Source: Acidimicrobiales bacterium
Lineage (GTDB): Bacteria; Actinomycetota; Acidimicrobiia; Acidimicrobiales; JAJPHD01
Assembly: GCA_039583695.1 (NCBI GenBank)
Contig: JAVKSL010000001.1
Span: 10,926 to 74,925, forward strand
Length of the DNA: 64,000 nt
Direction: 5' to 3'
The notes beneath the pieces were generated by a model. The model did not search any database and was not told the DNA's origin. It saw only the letters and a list, made by a program, of their open reading frames with translations. The stretch's first letter is position 1. Each line of letters starts with the position of its first letter. Of this stretch, positions 18,979-28,421 are shown in pieces. Made by a program: the position numbers and the translations under genes.

Positions 18979-19746
18979 ATGCAGGCGGTGGTGTTCGACG
19001 TCGACGGAACCCTCGTGGACAGTGAGCAAGAGGGGCACCGGGTTGCTTTCAACTGGGCCTTTGCCGAGCTTGGCCTGGGATGCAGCTGGGACCGGGACAC
19101 TTACCGGGCGCTTCTTGGCATACCCGGAGGAGTGCCCCGCCTGCGCCACTACCTCGATTCGGTTGGAATCGAGGTAGGCTCTGCCGAGGCCCTCGCTTCC
19201 CGGCTTCATGTCCTCAAGACCGCCCGCCTCGCCGAGATGATCGCACAAGGGCTGCTACCCCTGCGACCAGGAGTCCGCGAGCTGGTGGATGACCTGCGCC
19301 AGGCGGGCGTCCGGCTGGCCGTGGCCACGACCGGCTCGCGCCGGTGGGTGGAGCCGTTGCTGGCGAAGCTGTGTCCGGGGGCATTCGAGGTGATAGTGGC
19401 CGGATCGGACGTGCCCGCCATCAAGCCGGACCCCGCCTGCTACCAGTTGGCGCTGGCCAAGCTGGACCTGGAGCCGGCTGATGCGCTGGCGGTGGAAGAC
19501 TCCCCCTCGGGTTGTGCCGCGGCCCTCCGAGCCGGGCTGGCTTGCCTGGTGGTGACCAACGAGGACACGGCCACGGCGCGCTTTCCTGGCGCCGCGCTGG
19601 TGGTGAGCGGGTTCGGCGGCCCGCCCCGGGACAAGGTGGTCTCGGACCCCCTGGGCGTCGCGCCCCAGCTGCCTCTTCGTGCGTCCGAGCTTGCGGGGCT
19701 CCTCGCCGCGGCCAGCCGAGCTGGCGCCCCGGTGCATGTCCCGTGA
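18979..19746 (+). CDS. HAD-superfamily hydrolase (CbbY/phosphatase-like)
   Basis: MQAVVFDVDGTLVDSE (DxDGT motif I) and ...ALAVEDSPSGCAAALRAGL. ATG 18979 comes just after the upstream stop. Confidence 0.85.
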   Translation: MQAVVFDVDGTLVDSEQEGHRVAFNWAFAELGLGCSWDRDTYRALLGIPGGVPRLRHYLDSVGIEVGSAEALASRLHVLKTARLAEMIAQGLLPLRPGVRELVDDLRQAGVRLAVATTGSRRWVEPLLAKLCPGAFEVIVAGSDVPAIKPDPACYQLALAKLDLEPADALAVEDSPSGCAAALRAGLACLVVTNEDTATARFPGAALVVSGFGGPPRDKVVSDPLGVAPQLPLRASELAGLLAAASRAGAPVHVP

Positions 19747-20765
19747 GGGTGCTGATCACCGGAGCCAGCGGATTCCTCGCCCGCCATGTCGTGCCGGCCG
19801 CCCTCGCCAGCGGCGCCGAGGTCCGAGCCAGCGCCCGGGGGCCGCGGCCTGGGTGGCTGGAGGATGCAGTCGACTTCTGCCCGGCAGACCTCACCTTCCC
19901 AGCATCGGGAGAGCTGCTCGAAGGCGTGACCCACGTGATCCACCTCGCTGGCGCGTCCAGCTCGCGCTCCTCAGAACAACAGATGCACCAGGTCAACGTG
20001 ACCGGCACGGCGAACCTCGCCGCCGCCATGCTCCGCCACGCTCCCCTGGCCCGGCTGGTCCACGTCAGCTCGACCTCTGTGTACGGCGAGGAGGTCCAGC
20101 TGGCCCTGCCGGTGCGTGAGGACGGTCCCCTGTCGCCCAGCCGCGCCTACGGCAAGACCAAGCTCGAGGCCGAAAAGGTGGTGCTCCACGCGATCGGCGA
20201 GGGCCTCAAGGCGCTGGTCGTGCGCCCGGTAACGGTGTTCGGCCCCTACAACACCAAGCTGCTTGCCAGCGCCATCCTGGACGCGTCCCTGGAGCGGGCT
20301 GCCGGCCTCGGGACCCTGGACCTCAGCGCCCCGCCGGTCGAGCTCCGCCTGGTGCACGCGCAAGACGCGGCGCGCGCCCTGTTGCACCTCGGGATGCGAT
20401 GCGGGAGCGAGGTGCTGGGTCGGGCCTTCAACCTGAGCCTGCCTGAGTTCCCCACCAGCCACGAGGTGGGCAGGGCGGTGGCGGGGGCACTGGGAATGGC
20501 ACATCGGATCGTCCCGGAGGGATCCCCAGGGCTGTCCCTGGCGGAGCGCCAGGCCACGTGGGAGCGAGTCCAGCGCAGCGCCGGGCTGATTCCGAAGATC
20601 ATCCTGAGCCCACGGCGGCTTCAGTTCCTCACCCGTCCCAACCCCAACAACGCCCTGAGCCTGGACGCGCTCTTGGGGACCGGATTCCGCTTCGAGCGCA
20701 CGGACCTGGCCGCCGAGATCGCGGCGGTGACTGCCTGGTACGCCGAGCAGGCCTGGATCGTCTGA
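19743..20765 (+). CDS. NAD-dependent epimerase/dehydratase family protein
   Basis: VRVLITGASGFLARHV Rossmann GxxGxxG motif and YGKTK (YxxxK). GTG 19743 overlaps the upstream TGA. Confidence 0.85.
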   Translation: MRVLITGASGFLARHVVPAALASGAEVRASARGPRPGWLEDAVDFCPADLTFPASGELLEGVTHVIHLAGASSSRSSEQQMHQVNVTGTANLAAAMLRHAPLARLVHVSSTSVYGEEVQLALPVREDGPLSPSRAYGKTKLEAEKVVLHAIGEGLKALVVRPVTVFGPYNTKLLASAILDASLERAAGLGTLDLSAPPVELRLVHAQDAARALLHLGMRCGSEVLGRAFNLSLPEFPTSHEVGRAVAGALGMAHRIVPEGSPGLSLAERQATWERVQRSAGLIPKIILSPRRLQFLTRPNPNNALSLDALLGTGFRFERTDLAAEIAAVTAWYAEQAWIV

Positions 20766-20852
20766 TTCCGGTGCCGGGCCTCGGGCCAGGCCCCGCTACA
20801 TCCTATTTTTTGACCGGTACTTCGTGGGCCAGTGGTGGCTTCTTTGACCCGT

Positions 20853-22919
20853 TCATCCGAGGGCCACCACCGCCGCCAGGAGGGCAACCAGGGCCACCAG
20901 CATGTAGGCGATGTAGGCGTCGAGGCGTCCCGACTGCAGGCGCCTGGCCCAACGCGCTGCCCACAGGGCCACCACCCGGCCTGGTCTATATATGTAGGCC
21001 TCGATCGGCTCGACAGCCGTCGCTTGGTACTCGACGTGGGTGGGACCCGGGATCCCTTCGGCAGGTAGGCCACCCTTGACGACCACTACCTCGCGGCGTG
21101 ATCCGAGCACGTTCGCGAGGACATGGCGCAACACATTGGCGTAGGCGTACGCCCCGTAGCTGTCGGGGCCGGCCACCCCGGCAGTCGCCGAATGCCAGGC
21201 TGGCACCCGACGGACCCGCAGCACTCGAGTCCGGCTCAGCCCGACCGCAGCCAGGGCGACGGTCACCATCCCCACCGGTATCACCACGAAGAGCCAGGTG
21301 GGGGACAGGATGGAGAACCCACCGAACACAGGTTGGAGGACCCAGGGCGATTTGAGCGCCTGGTCGACCACCGCCGTGGGCACGATGGGGCCCAGGCCGG
21401 CAGCGATGTAGCGGATGCACCACGGAGCCGCCGCGGCCAACCAGAGGCAGCCCGAGCCCAAGAGGAGAAGGCCGGTCCGCCCCGATGCGCCGCGGTCACC
21501 CCGCCTGGGCAGGGCTCCGTTGGGCGGCGGCTGACCAAGCACGGCGAAAGCAAGCAGGCGGACGAACACCAGGGCAGCCACCCCGGCGCTGAGCGCCACC
21601 AAGGCCCCCCCACCTGCCATGGAGAGTCGCAAAGCCAAGCCGTGCACCCGAAACTGCTGCATCAGGGCTTCGAGGATGAACCACTCCGAGACGAAGCCGA
21701 TGGTCGGGGGCAGCCCAGCAAGCGTGAGAGCACCCGCCGCAAGGGTGGCCGAGCTCCAGGGGTGGGAGTGAGCTGCCCCTACTACCTCGGAAAAGCTCGA
21801 GCCTCCTCGGTCGGCCTCCACGTTGGCGACAGCCACGAACAGGCAGGACTTGGCGACTGCGTGAGCAACCGCCTGGAGGGTGGCGGCCAAGAGGCCCACG
21901 GCCAGCAATGACGGCTGACCCAGGGCCATGCCCACCATTGCCACCCCATAGCCAACCATGATTATGCCGCCGTTCTCCACGCTGGAGAAAGCGATCACTC
22001 GATTGAGGTCGGACTGCACCGCAGCAAAGACGACACCAAGGAGCGCCGTGAGACCGCCGAGGAGAAGCACCAAGGCAATCAGCCAGGTCGGCGGTGAACC
22101 CAGCACTCCGAGCATCCGCCATAGGCCGTAGAAGCCGACGTTCACCGCCAACCCGGCCATGGCGGCCCGCATGGGACCCGTAGCGGCGGGATAGCCGCGC
22201 GGCATCCACACCTGGAGGGGGACCAGGCCCACCTTGGCACCGAAACCTGCCACGATGAGCGCGTAACTTGCTGCGTGGAGGACGCCGTGCGGCACGGCGT
22301 GCCAGGATGCGATCGTGAAGCTACCGACATTGCCGGCGAGGAGGAGAAAGGCGAACGTCAGGCAGGCGCCACTGGACTTGGAGAAGCAGAGCGTGACCCA
22401 GCTGGCCCTGGCTTGGCCCACGCTCGATCGGCGTACGCCCGAGAGCACGTAGAAAGCAACCGTGAGCGACTCCCACGCAAAAAGGAAGGTGAAGGCGTCG
22501 CCGGCGACGATGATCACCGTGACCGCTCCCAGCAGCAGCATGTACCCGGCGCCGAGGCCGTGACCATGCACCCTGGGCCCTTGTGCCGTGGGCCCTTGTG
22601 CCGTGGGTCCTTGTCTGACCCACGTGACCATGCAGGCTGAGATCCCTATGCCCAGGCCAGAGGTGAGGGTGAGGAACAGCCCAGCCAGGCCGTCCAGGCG
22701 CAGGGACGTGCGACCGACACCGAGCAGGCTCCCCAGGTCGACGTTGACCGGGTGACCACCCACCATCTGGATCGCCGCGGCCAGCACGCAGGCACTGCCG
22801 AGGAGGCCGGCCAGGTAGGGGATGGGCCGGACCCGGCGGCTGCTGGCACCGAGGGTCAGGTCGATGGCGGCGCCGACGAACCAGACGACCAGGCCAGCCA
22901 GCAGCAGCTCTGCCCTCAC
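20853..22919 (-). CDS. NuoL/HyfB/MrpA-like proton-conducting antiporter subunit (last gene of the Ehr-like operon)
   Basis: A 688-aa polytopic protein of the NuoL/M/N family type. GTG 22919 overlaps the upstream TGA (GTGA). Confidence 0.85.
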   Translation of the reverse strand: MRAELLLAGLVVWFVGAAIDLTLGASSRRVRPIPYLAGLLGSACVLAAAIQMVGGHPVNVDLGSLLGVGRTSLRLDGLAGLFLTLTSGLGIGISACMVTWVRQGPTAQGPTAQGPRVHGHGLGAGYMLLLGAVTVIIVAGDAFTFLFAWESLTVAFYVLSGVRRSSVGQARASWVTLCFSKSSGACLTFAFLLLAGNVGSFTIASWHAVPHGVLHAASYALIVAGFGAKVGLVPLQVWMPRGYPAATGPMRAAMAGLAVNVGFYGLWRMLGVLGSPPTWLIALVLLLGGLTALLGVVFAAVQSDLNRVIAFSSVENGGIIMVGYGVAMVGMALGQPSLLAVGLLAATLQAVAHAVAKSCLFVAVANVEADRGGSSFSEVVGAAHSHPWSSATLAAGALTLAGLPPTIGFVSEWFILEALMQQFRVHGLALRLSMAGGGALVALSAGVAALVFVRLLAFAVLGQPPPNGALPRRGDRGASGRTGLLLLGSGCLWLAAAAPWCIRYIAAGLGPIVPTAVVDQALKSPWVLQPVFGGFSILSPTWLFVVIPVGMVTVALAAVGLSRTRVLRVRRVPAWHSATAGVAGPDSYGAYAYANVLRHVLANVLGSRREVVVVKGGLPAEGIPGPTHVEYQATAVEPIEAYIYRPGRVVALWAARWARRLQSGRLDAYIAYMLVALVALLAAVVALG
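22575..22619 (-). repeat. 15-bp in-frame tandem repeat in the NuoL-like gene
   Basis: GGGCCCTTGTGCCGT occurs twice, followed by a degenerate third copy. It encodes the GPTAQGPTAQGPRV loop. Confidence 0.8.
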
Positions 22920-23764
22920 AGGGCCCTGCCCCCCTCGGGGTTCCCCGACCTACCCCGCTCCGTGACCAGGCCGAGCGCCAAGAGGATCCCATGGAGCAGG
23001 CTGAACGGGCTCGGAGGCGAGCCCGGGACCCATACGTCTACAGGCAACAGGTCCCCGATGCCCCCGCTGGTGGCGTAGGTCCGGTGCACAAGACCACCAC
23101 TGGTGGCGTCGGTGCCAGCCGCGATCACGACCTTGGGGTCGGGCATGGACTCGTAGGTCCGCCGGAGGGGGCCCACCATTCCGGCGCTGCCCACACCAGT
23201 GGCCAGCAGGATGTCGGCGTGCCGGGGGCTGGCGGTGAAGAAGATCCCCAGACGATGGATGTCGTACACCGGGTTGCCCAGCGCCTTTACCTCCCACTCG
23301 TCGGATCCGTCGGAGCCGACGTCCACATGGCGGATGTGAACCGAGCGTCGCAGGCCGCGGGTACGCCTGGCCAGCTCGGCGCGTACCTGGGCGAGGGCTC
23401 CCTCGTCCTCCTGCACATCGGCGCCCAGGACCAGCCCCTGGCGGTGGATGCTGGCCACCTCGGGGGATGGGTCGAATCGGAACAGGTCTGGCCTTGCCTC
23501 CACGCAGCGGCCGCAGAGTATGCACCGCCCCCGGTCCAGGTGCAGCCGAGCCTTCGTCGTCCCGATAGCTCCTGTCGGGCAAAGGGCCGCGAGGTCCGCT
23601 GCCGAGCTCGTGCCGTCGCTCTCAACCTGGTCGGGCACCGCTGGCCCGCGGCGCTGCTCGACCAGACTGACCGCTCCCCGCCAGAGCTCTCCGTAGTCGT
23701 CGGGCCGAGCTGGATAACGGGTGGTGACCACCCCCTCGCTCAAGCCCCTCGTGATCCAGGGCAC
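22916..23764 (-). CDS. Fusion of a NuoI/HycF-like ferredoxin domain and a Cys-less NuoB/HycG-like domain
   Basis: The N-terminal half has LCPTGAI and CILCGRCVEARP. The C-terminal half (HIRHVDVGSDGSDEWE...SPRHADILLATG...AAGTDATSGG...VPGSPPSP) matches the NuoB/HycG fold but contains no cysteine at all. Confidence 0.8.
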   Translation of the reverse strand: MPWITRGLSEGVVTTRYPARPDDYGELWRGAVSLVEQRRGPAVPDQVESDGTSSAADLAALCPTGAIGTTKARLHLDRGRCILCGRCVEARPDLFRFDPSPEVASIHRQGLVLGADVQEDEGALAQVRAELARRTRGLRRSVHIRHVDVGSDGSDEWEVKALGNPVYDIHRLGIFFTASPRHADILLATGVGSAGMVGPLRRTYESMPDPKVVIAAGTDATSGGLVHRTYATSGGIGDLLPVDVWVPGSPPSPFSLLHGILLALGLVTERGRSGNPEGGRAL

Positions 23765-25258
23765 CTAGGTTGACGCTCCCGCGACCGAGAGACCAAAGCT
23801 CGCCTCGATGAAGACAAAGTCGGTGAAGATGTCGGTGCCAAAGGCGCTCGGAAAGAGCGCCAGATTGTGGAACGAGGCGGACCGGGGCTTTGCCCTTGCC
23901 ACCCGTCCGTCCTCGATCTCCACGAGGTACAGGATCTCGCCCTGCGGGGCCTCGGCCCAACCCAGGGCCAGGCCGTCGGCCTTTGGCACCCGGACCCGGA
24001 ACTGGGCGTTGTCCATGCCGGCCAGCAGCTCGAGCGCACCGCGAGCCAATCCCAGCGATGTCCCTATCTCTGCAAGGCGCACGTACTGGCGGGCAAGAGC
24101 GTCTCCCTCGTCGCGCGAAGCGGGCAGATCCAGGCTGAGCAGGTCGAGGTAGGCACCGTAGGGGCGGGTGCAGCGAGCGTCTTCGGTGGAGCCCGAGGCC
24201 CGCCCCACGGGACCCAGGGCACCATGGGCGGCAGCCAACGCGGGCTTGATCACACCAGTTCCCCGCAGCCGGTCGAGGAACGACGGTGTGGCCATCAGGA
24301 GATTGGCGTCTGCCCTGATGCCATGCTCCAGCTGAGCCAGCAGGCCGAGGGCCTGCGCAGGCGATATTCGAAGCGCGCCAGACACACCGCCGGGCACGAC
24401 GACCCCCCTGGCGAAGCGGTGACCGCAGAGCTGGGCTTGCAGGCGCAAGACCCGTTCTTTGTGCAAGGTCATCCGGGTATAGGCCACCGCCTGGCCGGCA
24501 CCCTCGGTGTGATGGACCACGGAGTCAAGATGGTTGGCCACACGCTCCAGCTCGGCGTGGAGGAGCCGCACAAGAGCCGCAGGCGCGGGCAGCACCACCT
24601 GTGCCAGCTGCTCCACCGCCTGGCAGAACGCCAGAGCATGAGCAACCGAGGCCACCCCCTCGACTCGCTCGCCGAGCAGGACCCCATCCTCGATGGAGAG
24701 ACCCTCGAAGCGGGCCTGGATGCCACGGTGCTTGTGATATACCCGGGTCCGTACGTGAGGGATGTCCTCTCCTGGCGTCTCGAGCAGGTACTCGATGGCT
24801 TCGTAGACGCCGGACCGCACCGGTCCGTAGGGGATCGTGAGCAACCCCTCACCCCTGGCGCGAACGGCCAACGCCCGATCGTCCAGCTCGACCTCCTCCC
24901 AGGTGACCGGAATCCTGATCTCGCCGGCTTCCCGCGGACGATGGAGCGGCAGGACCAGAGGGTCGAGCTCGGGATGGCCCAGCGGCTCGATGCCCACCAA
25001 GTCGTGAATCTCGCGCTCGTACCACGAGGCGGCCGGCACCTGGGCGGTCACGGCAGGGTAGGACCTCGCTCCTGGAGGAAGAGCTGCTTCGATCACCTCC
25101 ATCCGGTCCGGCCAGGCGAGCACGGCACGGAGGAATATCTGGTCTCCGATTGGGAAGGCGAACAGGCCAGCCAAACGCGCGGCCCCTGACCGCACGGCCT
25201 GGCCGATCACTCCAGCCAACGCGCTGCCCTCGAGCCTGGTCGTCGGGGCGAGGCTCAC
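23765..25258 (-). CDS. NuoC-NuoD / HycE-like large subunit lacking the NiFe-binding cysteines
   Basis: NuoC-like N-terminus (WYEREIHDLVGI) and NuoD/HycE-like body. At the L1 position, RxCGxCxxxH reads RVEGVASVAH. The C-terminal DPCxxC position reads EASFGL. GTG 25258 overlaps the upstream TGA. Confidence 0.85.
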   Translation of the reverse strand: MSLAPTTRLEGSALAGVIGQAVRSGAARLAGLFAFPIGDQIFLRAVLAWPDRMEVIEAALPPGARSYPAVTAQVPAASWYEREIHDLVGIEPLGHPELDPLVLPLHRPREAGEIRIPVTWEEVELDDRALAVRARGEGLLTIPYGPVRSGVYEAIEYLLETPGEDIPHVRTRVYHKHRGIQARFEGLSIEDGVLLGERVEGVASVAHALAFCQAVEQLAQVVLPAPAALVRLLHAELERVANHLDSVVHHTEGAGQAVAYTRMTLHKERVLRLQAQLCGHRFARGVVVPGGVSGALRISPAQALGLLAQLEHGIRADANLLMATPSFLDRLRGTGVIKPALAAAHGALGPVGRASGSTEDARCTRPYGAYLDLLSLDLPASRDEGDALARQYVRLAEIGTSLGLARGALELLAGMDNAQFRVRVPKADGLALGWAEAPQGEILYLVEIEDGRVARAKPRSASFHNLALFPSAFGTDIFTDFVFIEASFGLSVAGAST

Positions 25259-26793
25259 CGCGGAGGCCCCAGCTCCGCGGCAGCCCGCGCGAGGAGGTGG
25301 TCCAGCTGGGCGGGCGGATGGATGCCAAGCATGGCCAAGGCGATCAACCCCACCAGCATCGCGGCGACGATCCATCCACTGGTCTCACCCCTGATCGCCC
25401 CCTCGGGGGCAGGAGTGACCATGGCCTGGGTGCCATACCACGACAGACCGAAGAAGGCCATGGTCACTCCTGCCACCAGGATCGCAACGGCCACGTCTTG
25501 GGGATCGGACAGGCCACCGTACACGATCAGGAACTCGCTGCGAAATATCCCGAAGGGGGGGGCCGCAGACAGTCCCAAGATGGCCAGGACCAGCATCGGG
25601 CCGCTCCAAGGCAGGAGCCCGATGCCACCTCGGATCTGGGTCATGTCCTTGGTTCCCAACCTGCGCATGACGCTTCCCGCACCGAAGAAGGCGGTGGCCT
25701 TGGCGGCAGCGTGCGCCAGCACGTGGATCAGCACACCCACCACGGCGATGGTCACCCCGAAGCTCATTCCGATCATCAAGATCCCCATGTGCTCGATGCT
25801 GGAGTAGGCGAAAAGGCGTTTTAGATCGCGCTGGCTGAGCAGGTAAAGGGCAGCCAGCACCAGCGAGGCGATGCCGAACGCCAGCAGGACCTCGCGAGGG
25901 AAGGCAACCCCCACGGAGCGGATGGCGATCTGATAGTAGCGCAGTATCGCGTAGAACGCAATGGTGAGAAGTGATCCCGAAAGGAGCGCCGAGACGGGTG
26001 TGGGTGCCTCCGAATGCGCGTCCGGAAGCCAGGTGTGCACCGGGAACAGACCCATCTTGGTGCCGTAGCCAAGGACGGCGAGCACGAAGGCCAGCCGGAC
26101 GATGCCTGGGGGGAAGCGGGGGGCAGCTCGCAGCAACGGATCGAAGAACAGCTCGTAGCCCGAGCCAAGCACGGTGGAACCGGCATAGTAGATGACGATC
26201 GTCGCCACCAGGGCGATGCCCAGTCCCATGGACGCGATCAACACGTACTTCCACGAAGCCTCCGTGGCTCCCTCCGTGTTGTCGATCGCCACCAGCAGGG
26301 CCGATATGACTGTGGTGATCTCGATCGCCACCCACAACAGGGCCAGGCTGTTGACGATCGGGGCAACCGCCATGGACCAGGCAAAAAAGTTCAGGCCTGC
26401 CCAGAATCGCTGGCTGTACAGGAGAGTCCCTGGCTCAGCGGGTGTGGAGAATGTGATCAGGTTGAGCGGGCCGCCGAGCCTTCGAGAGCCGTCCAGCACC
26501 TCCCGCGGCTCTCGCTTCGGTCCGTGCAGGTACCCAACAGCGAATATGGAGGTGACGGCATAAAGGAAAGCGGTGGCTACCAGGAACACCACGGAGAGCG
26601 CGTCGGCCCGCAACCAGGAGTCGAGAGCAAGGACCGAATGAGACCCGACCCCGGGCACGAGGGCCAGGGCCAGCCCAAATGTTGCGACGCCAGCCGAGAC
26701 GGTCAGGCCTCCAGCGAGCGCTGGCGAGCTGCGCCACGCCACCAGGCCGACCACGACCGGCATCACCAGGATCACGACCAGGATCGCGCCCAC
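25255..26793 (-). CDS. NuoN/HyfF/MrpD-like antiporter subunit
   Basis: A 512-aa polytopic protein with NuoM/N-family blocks (WLPDAHSEAPTPVSALLSG...). Confidence 0.85.
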   Translation of the reverse strand: MGAILVVILVMPVVVGLVAWRSSPALAGGLTVSAGVATFGLALALVPGVGSHSVLALDSWLRADALSVVFLVATAFLYAVTSIFAVGYLHGPKREPREVLDGSRRLGGPLNLITFSTPAEPGTLLYSQRFWAGLNFFAWSMAVAPIVNSLALLWVAIEITTVISALLVAIDNTEGATEASWKYVLIASMGLGIALVATIVIYYAGSTVLGSGYELFFDPLLRAAPRFPPGIVRLAFVLAVLGYGTKMGLFPVHTWLPDAHSEAPTPVSALLSGSLLTIAFYAILRYYQIAIRSVGVAFPREVLLAFGIASLVLAALYLLSQRDLKRLFAYSSIEHMGILMIGMSFGVTIAVVGVLIHVLAHAAAKATAFFGAGSVMRRLGTKDMTQIRGGIGLLPWSGPMLVLAILGLSAAPPFGIFRSEFLIVYGGLSDPQDVAVAILVAGVTMAFFGLSWYGTQAMVTPAPEGAIRGETSGWIVAAMLVGLIALAMLGIHPPAQLDHLLARAAAELGPPR

Positions 26794-26796
26794 TAC

Positions 26797-27468
26797 CTAG
26801 CCCTTCAACCTATCGAGGACGTCTGTGGACAAGGTGTCGGCCTTCATGTGGTGGACCCGCATCAGCACCCCGAACACCACGACGGCCACCAGCAAGTCGA
26901 CCAGGAATGCCACCTCGACGATAAAGGGCAGCCCGGCAGCCACCACCAGGCTGGCGACGGACACCCCGTTCTCCAGGGAGAAGAAGCCCACGGCCTGGGA
27001 TACCACGTCCCCTCGCAGGATTATGACCACGAAGGAGACCAGCACCACCGCAACGGCCGTACCGAGGGCCGGAGTGGGCAACGTCGCCGAGTGGATGTCG
27101 AGGCCTTCCACCGCCAGGAAGCCGAAGACCGAGACGGAGATGCCTATGAAGATCATGGTGGCCACGTTCAGCCGGTGGCTGCCCGCCAAGTCCACCTTTG
27201 ACCCCCGCATGACCCGAAAGATGATCCCTGGGATCAGGATTACCTTGAGAACCAAGGTCAGTCCGGCCAGGATGAAGAGATCGGGTATCCCCCGCGCCGC
27301 CGCCACTGCTGAAGCGAGAGCGGCAACCACCAGAGATTGGAACGAGTAGAGCCGGACCTGCGAGCGCAGCATCGCGGAGCGAAGCATCGCGAACTCGGTC
27401 AACAGGATCAGGGCGGCCAAGCCTTCCGTGATCCCCGAGAACGTGCCGGGGTCTGGGGTCGGGTGCAT
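26797..27468 (-). CDS. HyfE/HycP-like small membrane subunit (NuoK-related)
   Basis: Start at ATG 27468 (MHPTPD...), sharing one nt with the upstream TGA. About 223 aa and hydrophobic, with its position matching hyfE/hycP. Confidence 0.75.
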   Translation of the reverse strand: MHPTPDPGTFSGITEGLAALILLTEFAMLRSAMLRSQVRLYSFQSLVVAALASAVAAARGIPDLFILAGLTLVLKVILIPGIIFRVMRGSKVDLAGSHRLNVATMIFIGISVSVFGFLAVEGLDIHSATLPTPALGTAVAVVLVSFVVIILRGDVVSQAVGFFSLENGVSVASLVVAAGLPFIVEVAFLVDLLVAVVVFGVLMRVHHMKADTLSTDVLDRLKG

Positions 27469-28421
27469 CAGGCGTACCCCACGTAGAGGGTCAGGATTGC
27501 CAGCACCGCCAAGAGGAAGGCGGCAGCCATGAACTCGGTGAGCTTGAACAGGCGCAGCTTCGAGAAGGTGTTGTCGCTCAGCGTCAGGACAGCCCCCACA
27601 CCGACTGCCTTTCCAAGCAGGATGGGTATTGCCAGGAGGACCGAGCCGGCGGCCAAGGAGCCAGCCAATCCCCACGGAGCTGCGAACACGTCCAGGAGGA
27701 TCACGTACAAGATGACCTGTTTCATGTTGGAGCCCCACTTGAGCAGGGCGAATGGGGGCCCGGACCACTCGAGCGTGCGTCCCTCGTCGATCATGCCGAG
27801 CTCGGTGGTGCTGGCGTGGGTCTCCACCGGGATGCGACCGGTGTCGGAGATGACCACCAAGAAGAAGGCGATGGCGGCCAGGAGGTGGGCCGGAAGGATG
27901 GCCTGGCTGAGCGAGGAGCGCGCCGCAGCCGCCTCGACGAAGGGGAGGTCGGTGCTGGTGACGATGCCGACCACGAAGGTGATGAACAGGATCGACGGCT
28001 CGATCAGCGCCCCGAAGGTCATGGCCCGGCTGCTGCCCAGCTGGGCGTAGGGGGCCCCGGTCTCGGCTGCCGCCAGGGATACGGAGAATCCCGCAAGGGC
28101 AAGTATGAAGGCCCCGCCCAAGATGTCCGCCGTGTAGGACAGCGGCAGCCCGAAGTTGGTCAGCTCAGGAATCAGCAGGGGGACTATCAGGTAGCAGGTG
28201 AAGGCCACCACCGGGGCCGCCAGGAAGACCCAGCTGGACTCCTCGGGCATGAGCGTCTCCTTCCTGAACAGCTTGGCCAGGTCGTAGTAGGGCTGGAGCA
28301 CGCGAGGCCCCCGCCTTCCCTGTAGCCGCGCCTCGATCTTGGCGATCACCCCACTCACCAACGGAGCGCCGAGCGCGACAGTGAGCACCTGCAGCACCTG
28401 AGCCAGCCACGCTGGTAACAC
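27468..28421 (-). CDS. NuoH/HycD-like membrane subunit (first gene of the Ehr-like operon)
   Basis: ...GAPLVSGVIAKIEARLQGRRGPRVLQPYYDLAKLFRKE is typical of HycD/NuoH. Start placed at GTG 28421, which follows GGACGGAGGA; the tracked ORF begins at TTG 28466. Confidence 0.85.
   Translation of the reverse strand: MLPAWLAQVLQVLTVALGAPLVSGVIAKIEARLQGRRGPRVLQPYYDLAKLFRKETLMPEESSWVFLAAPVVAFTCYLIVPLLIPELTNFGLPLSYTADILGGAFILALAGFSVSLAAAETGAPYAQLGSSRAMTFGALIEPSILFITFVVGIVTSTDLPFVEAAAARSSLSQAILPAHLLAAIAFFLVVISDTGRIPVETHASTTELGMIDEGRTLEWSGPPFALLKWGSNMKQVILYVILLDVFAAPWGLAGSLAAGSVLLAIPILLGKAVGVGAVLTLSDNTFSKLRLFKLTEFMAAAFLLAVLAILTLYVGYA

Noticed and set aside
20853-28421. Annotating the operon as a formate hydrogenlyase / hydrogenase-4 (hyc/hyf).
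   Set aside because: All four NiFe-ligating Cys positions in the large subunit are substituted, and the small-subunit domain has no Cys. No hyp or fdh genes are nearby.
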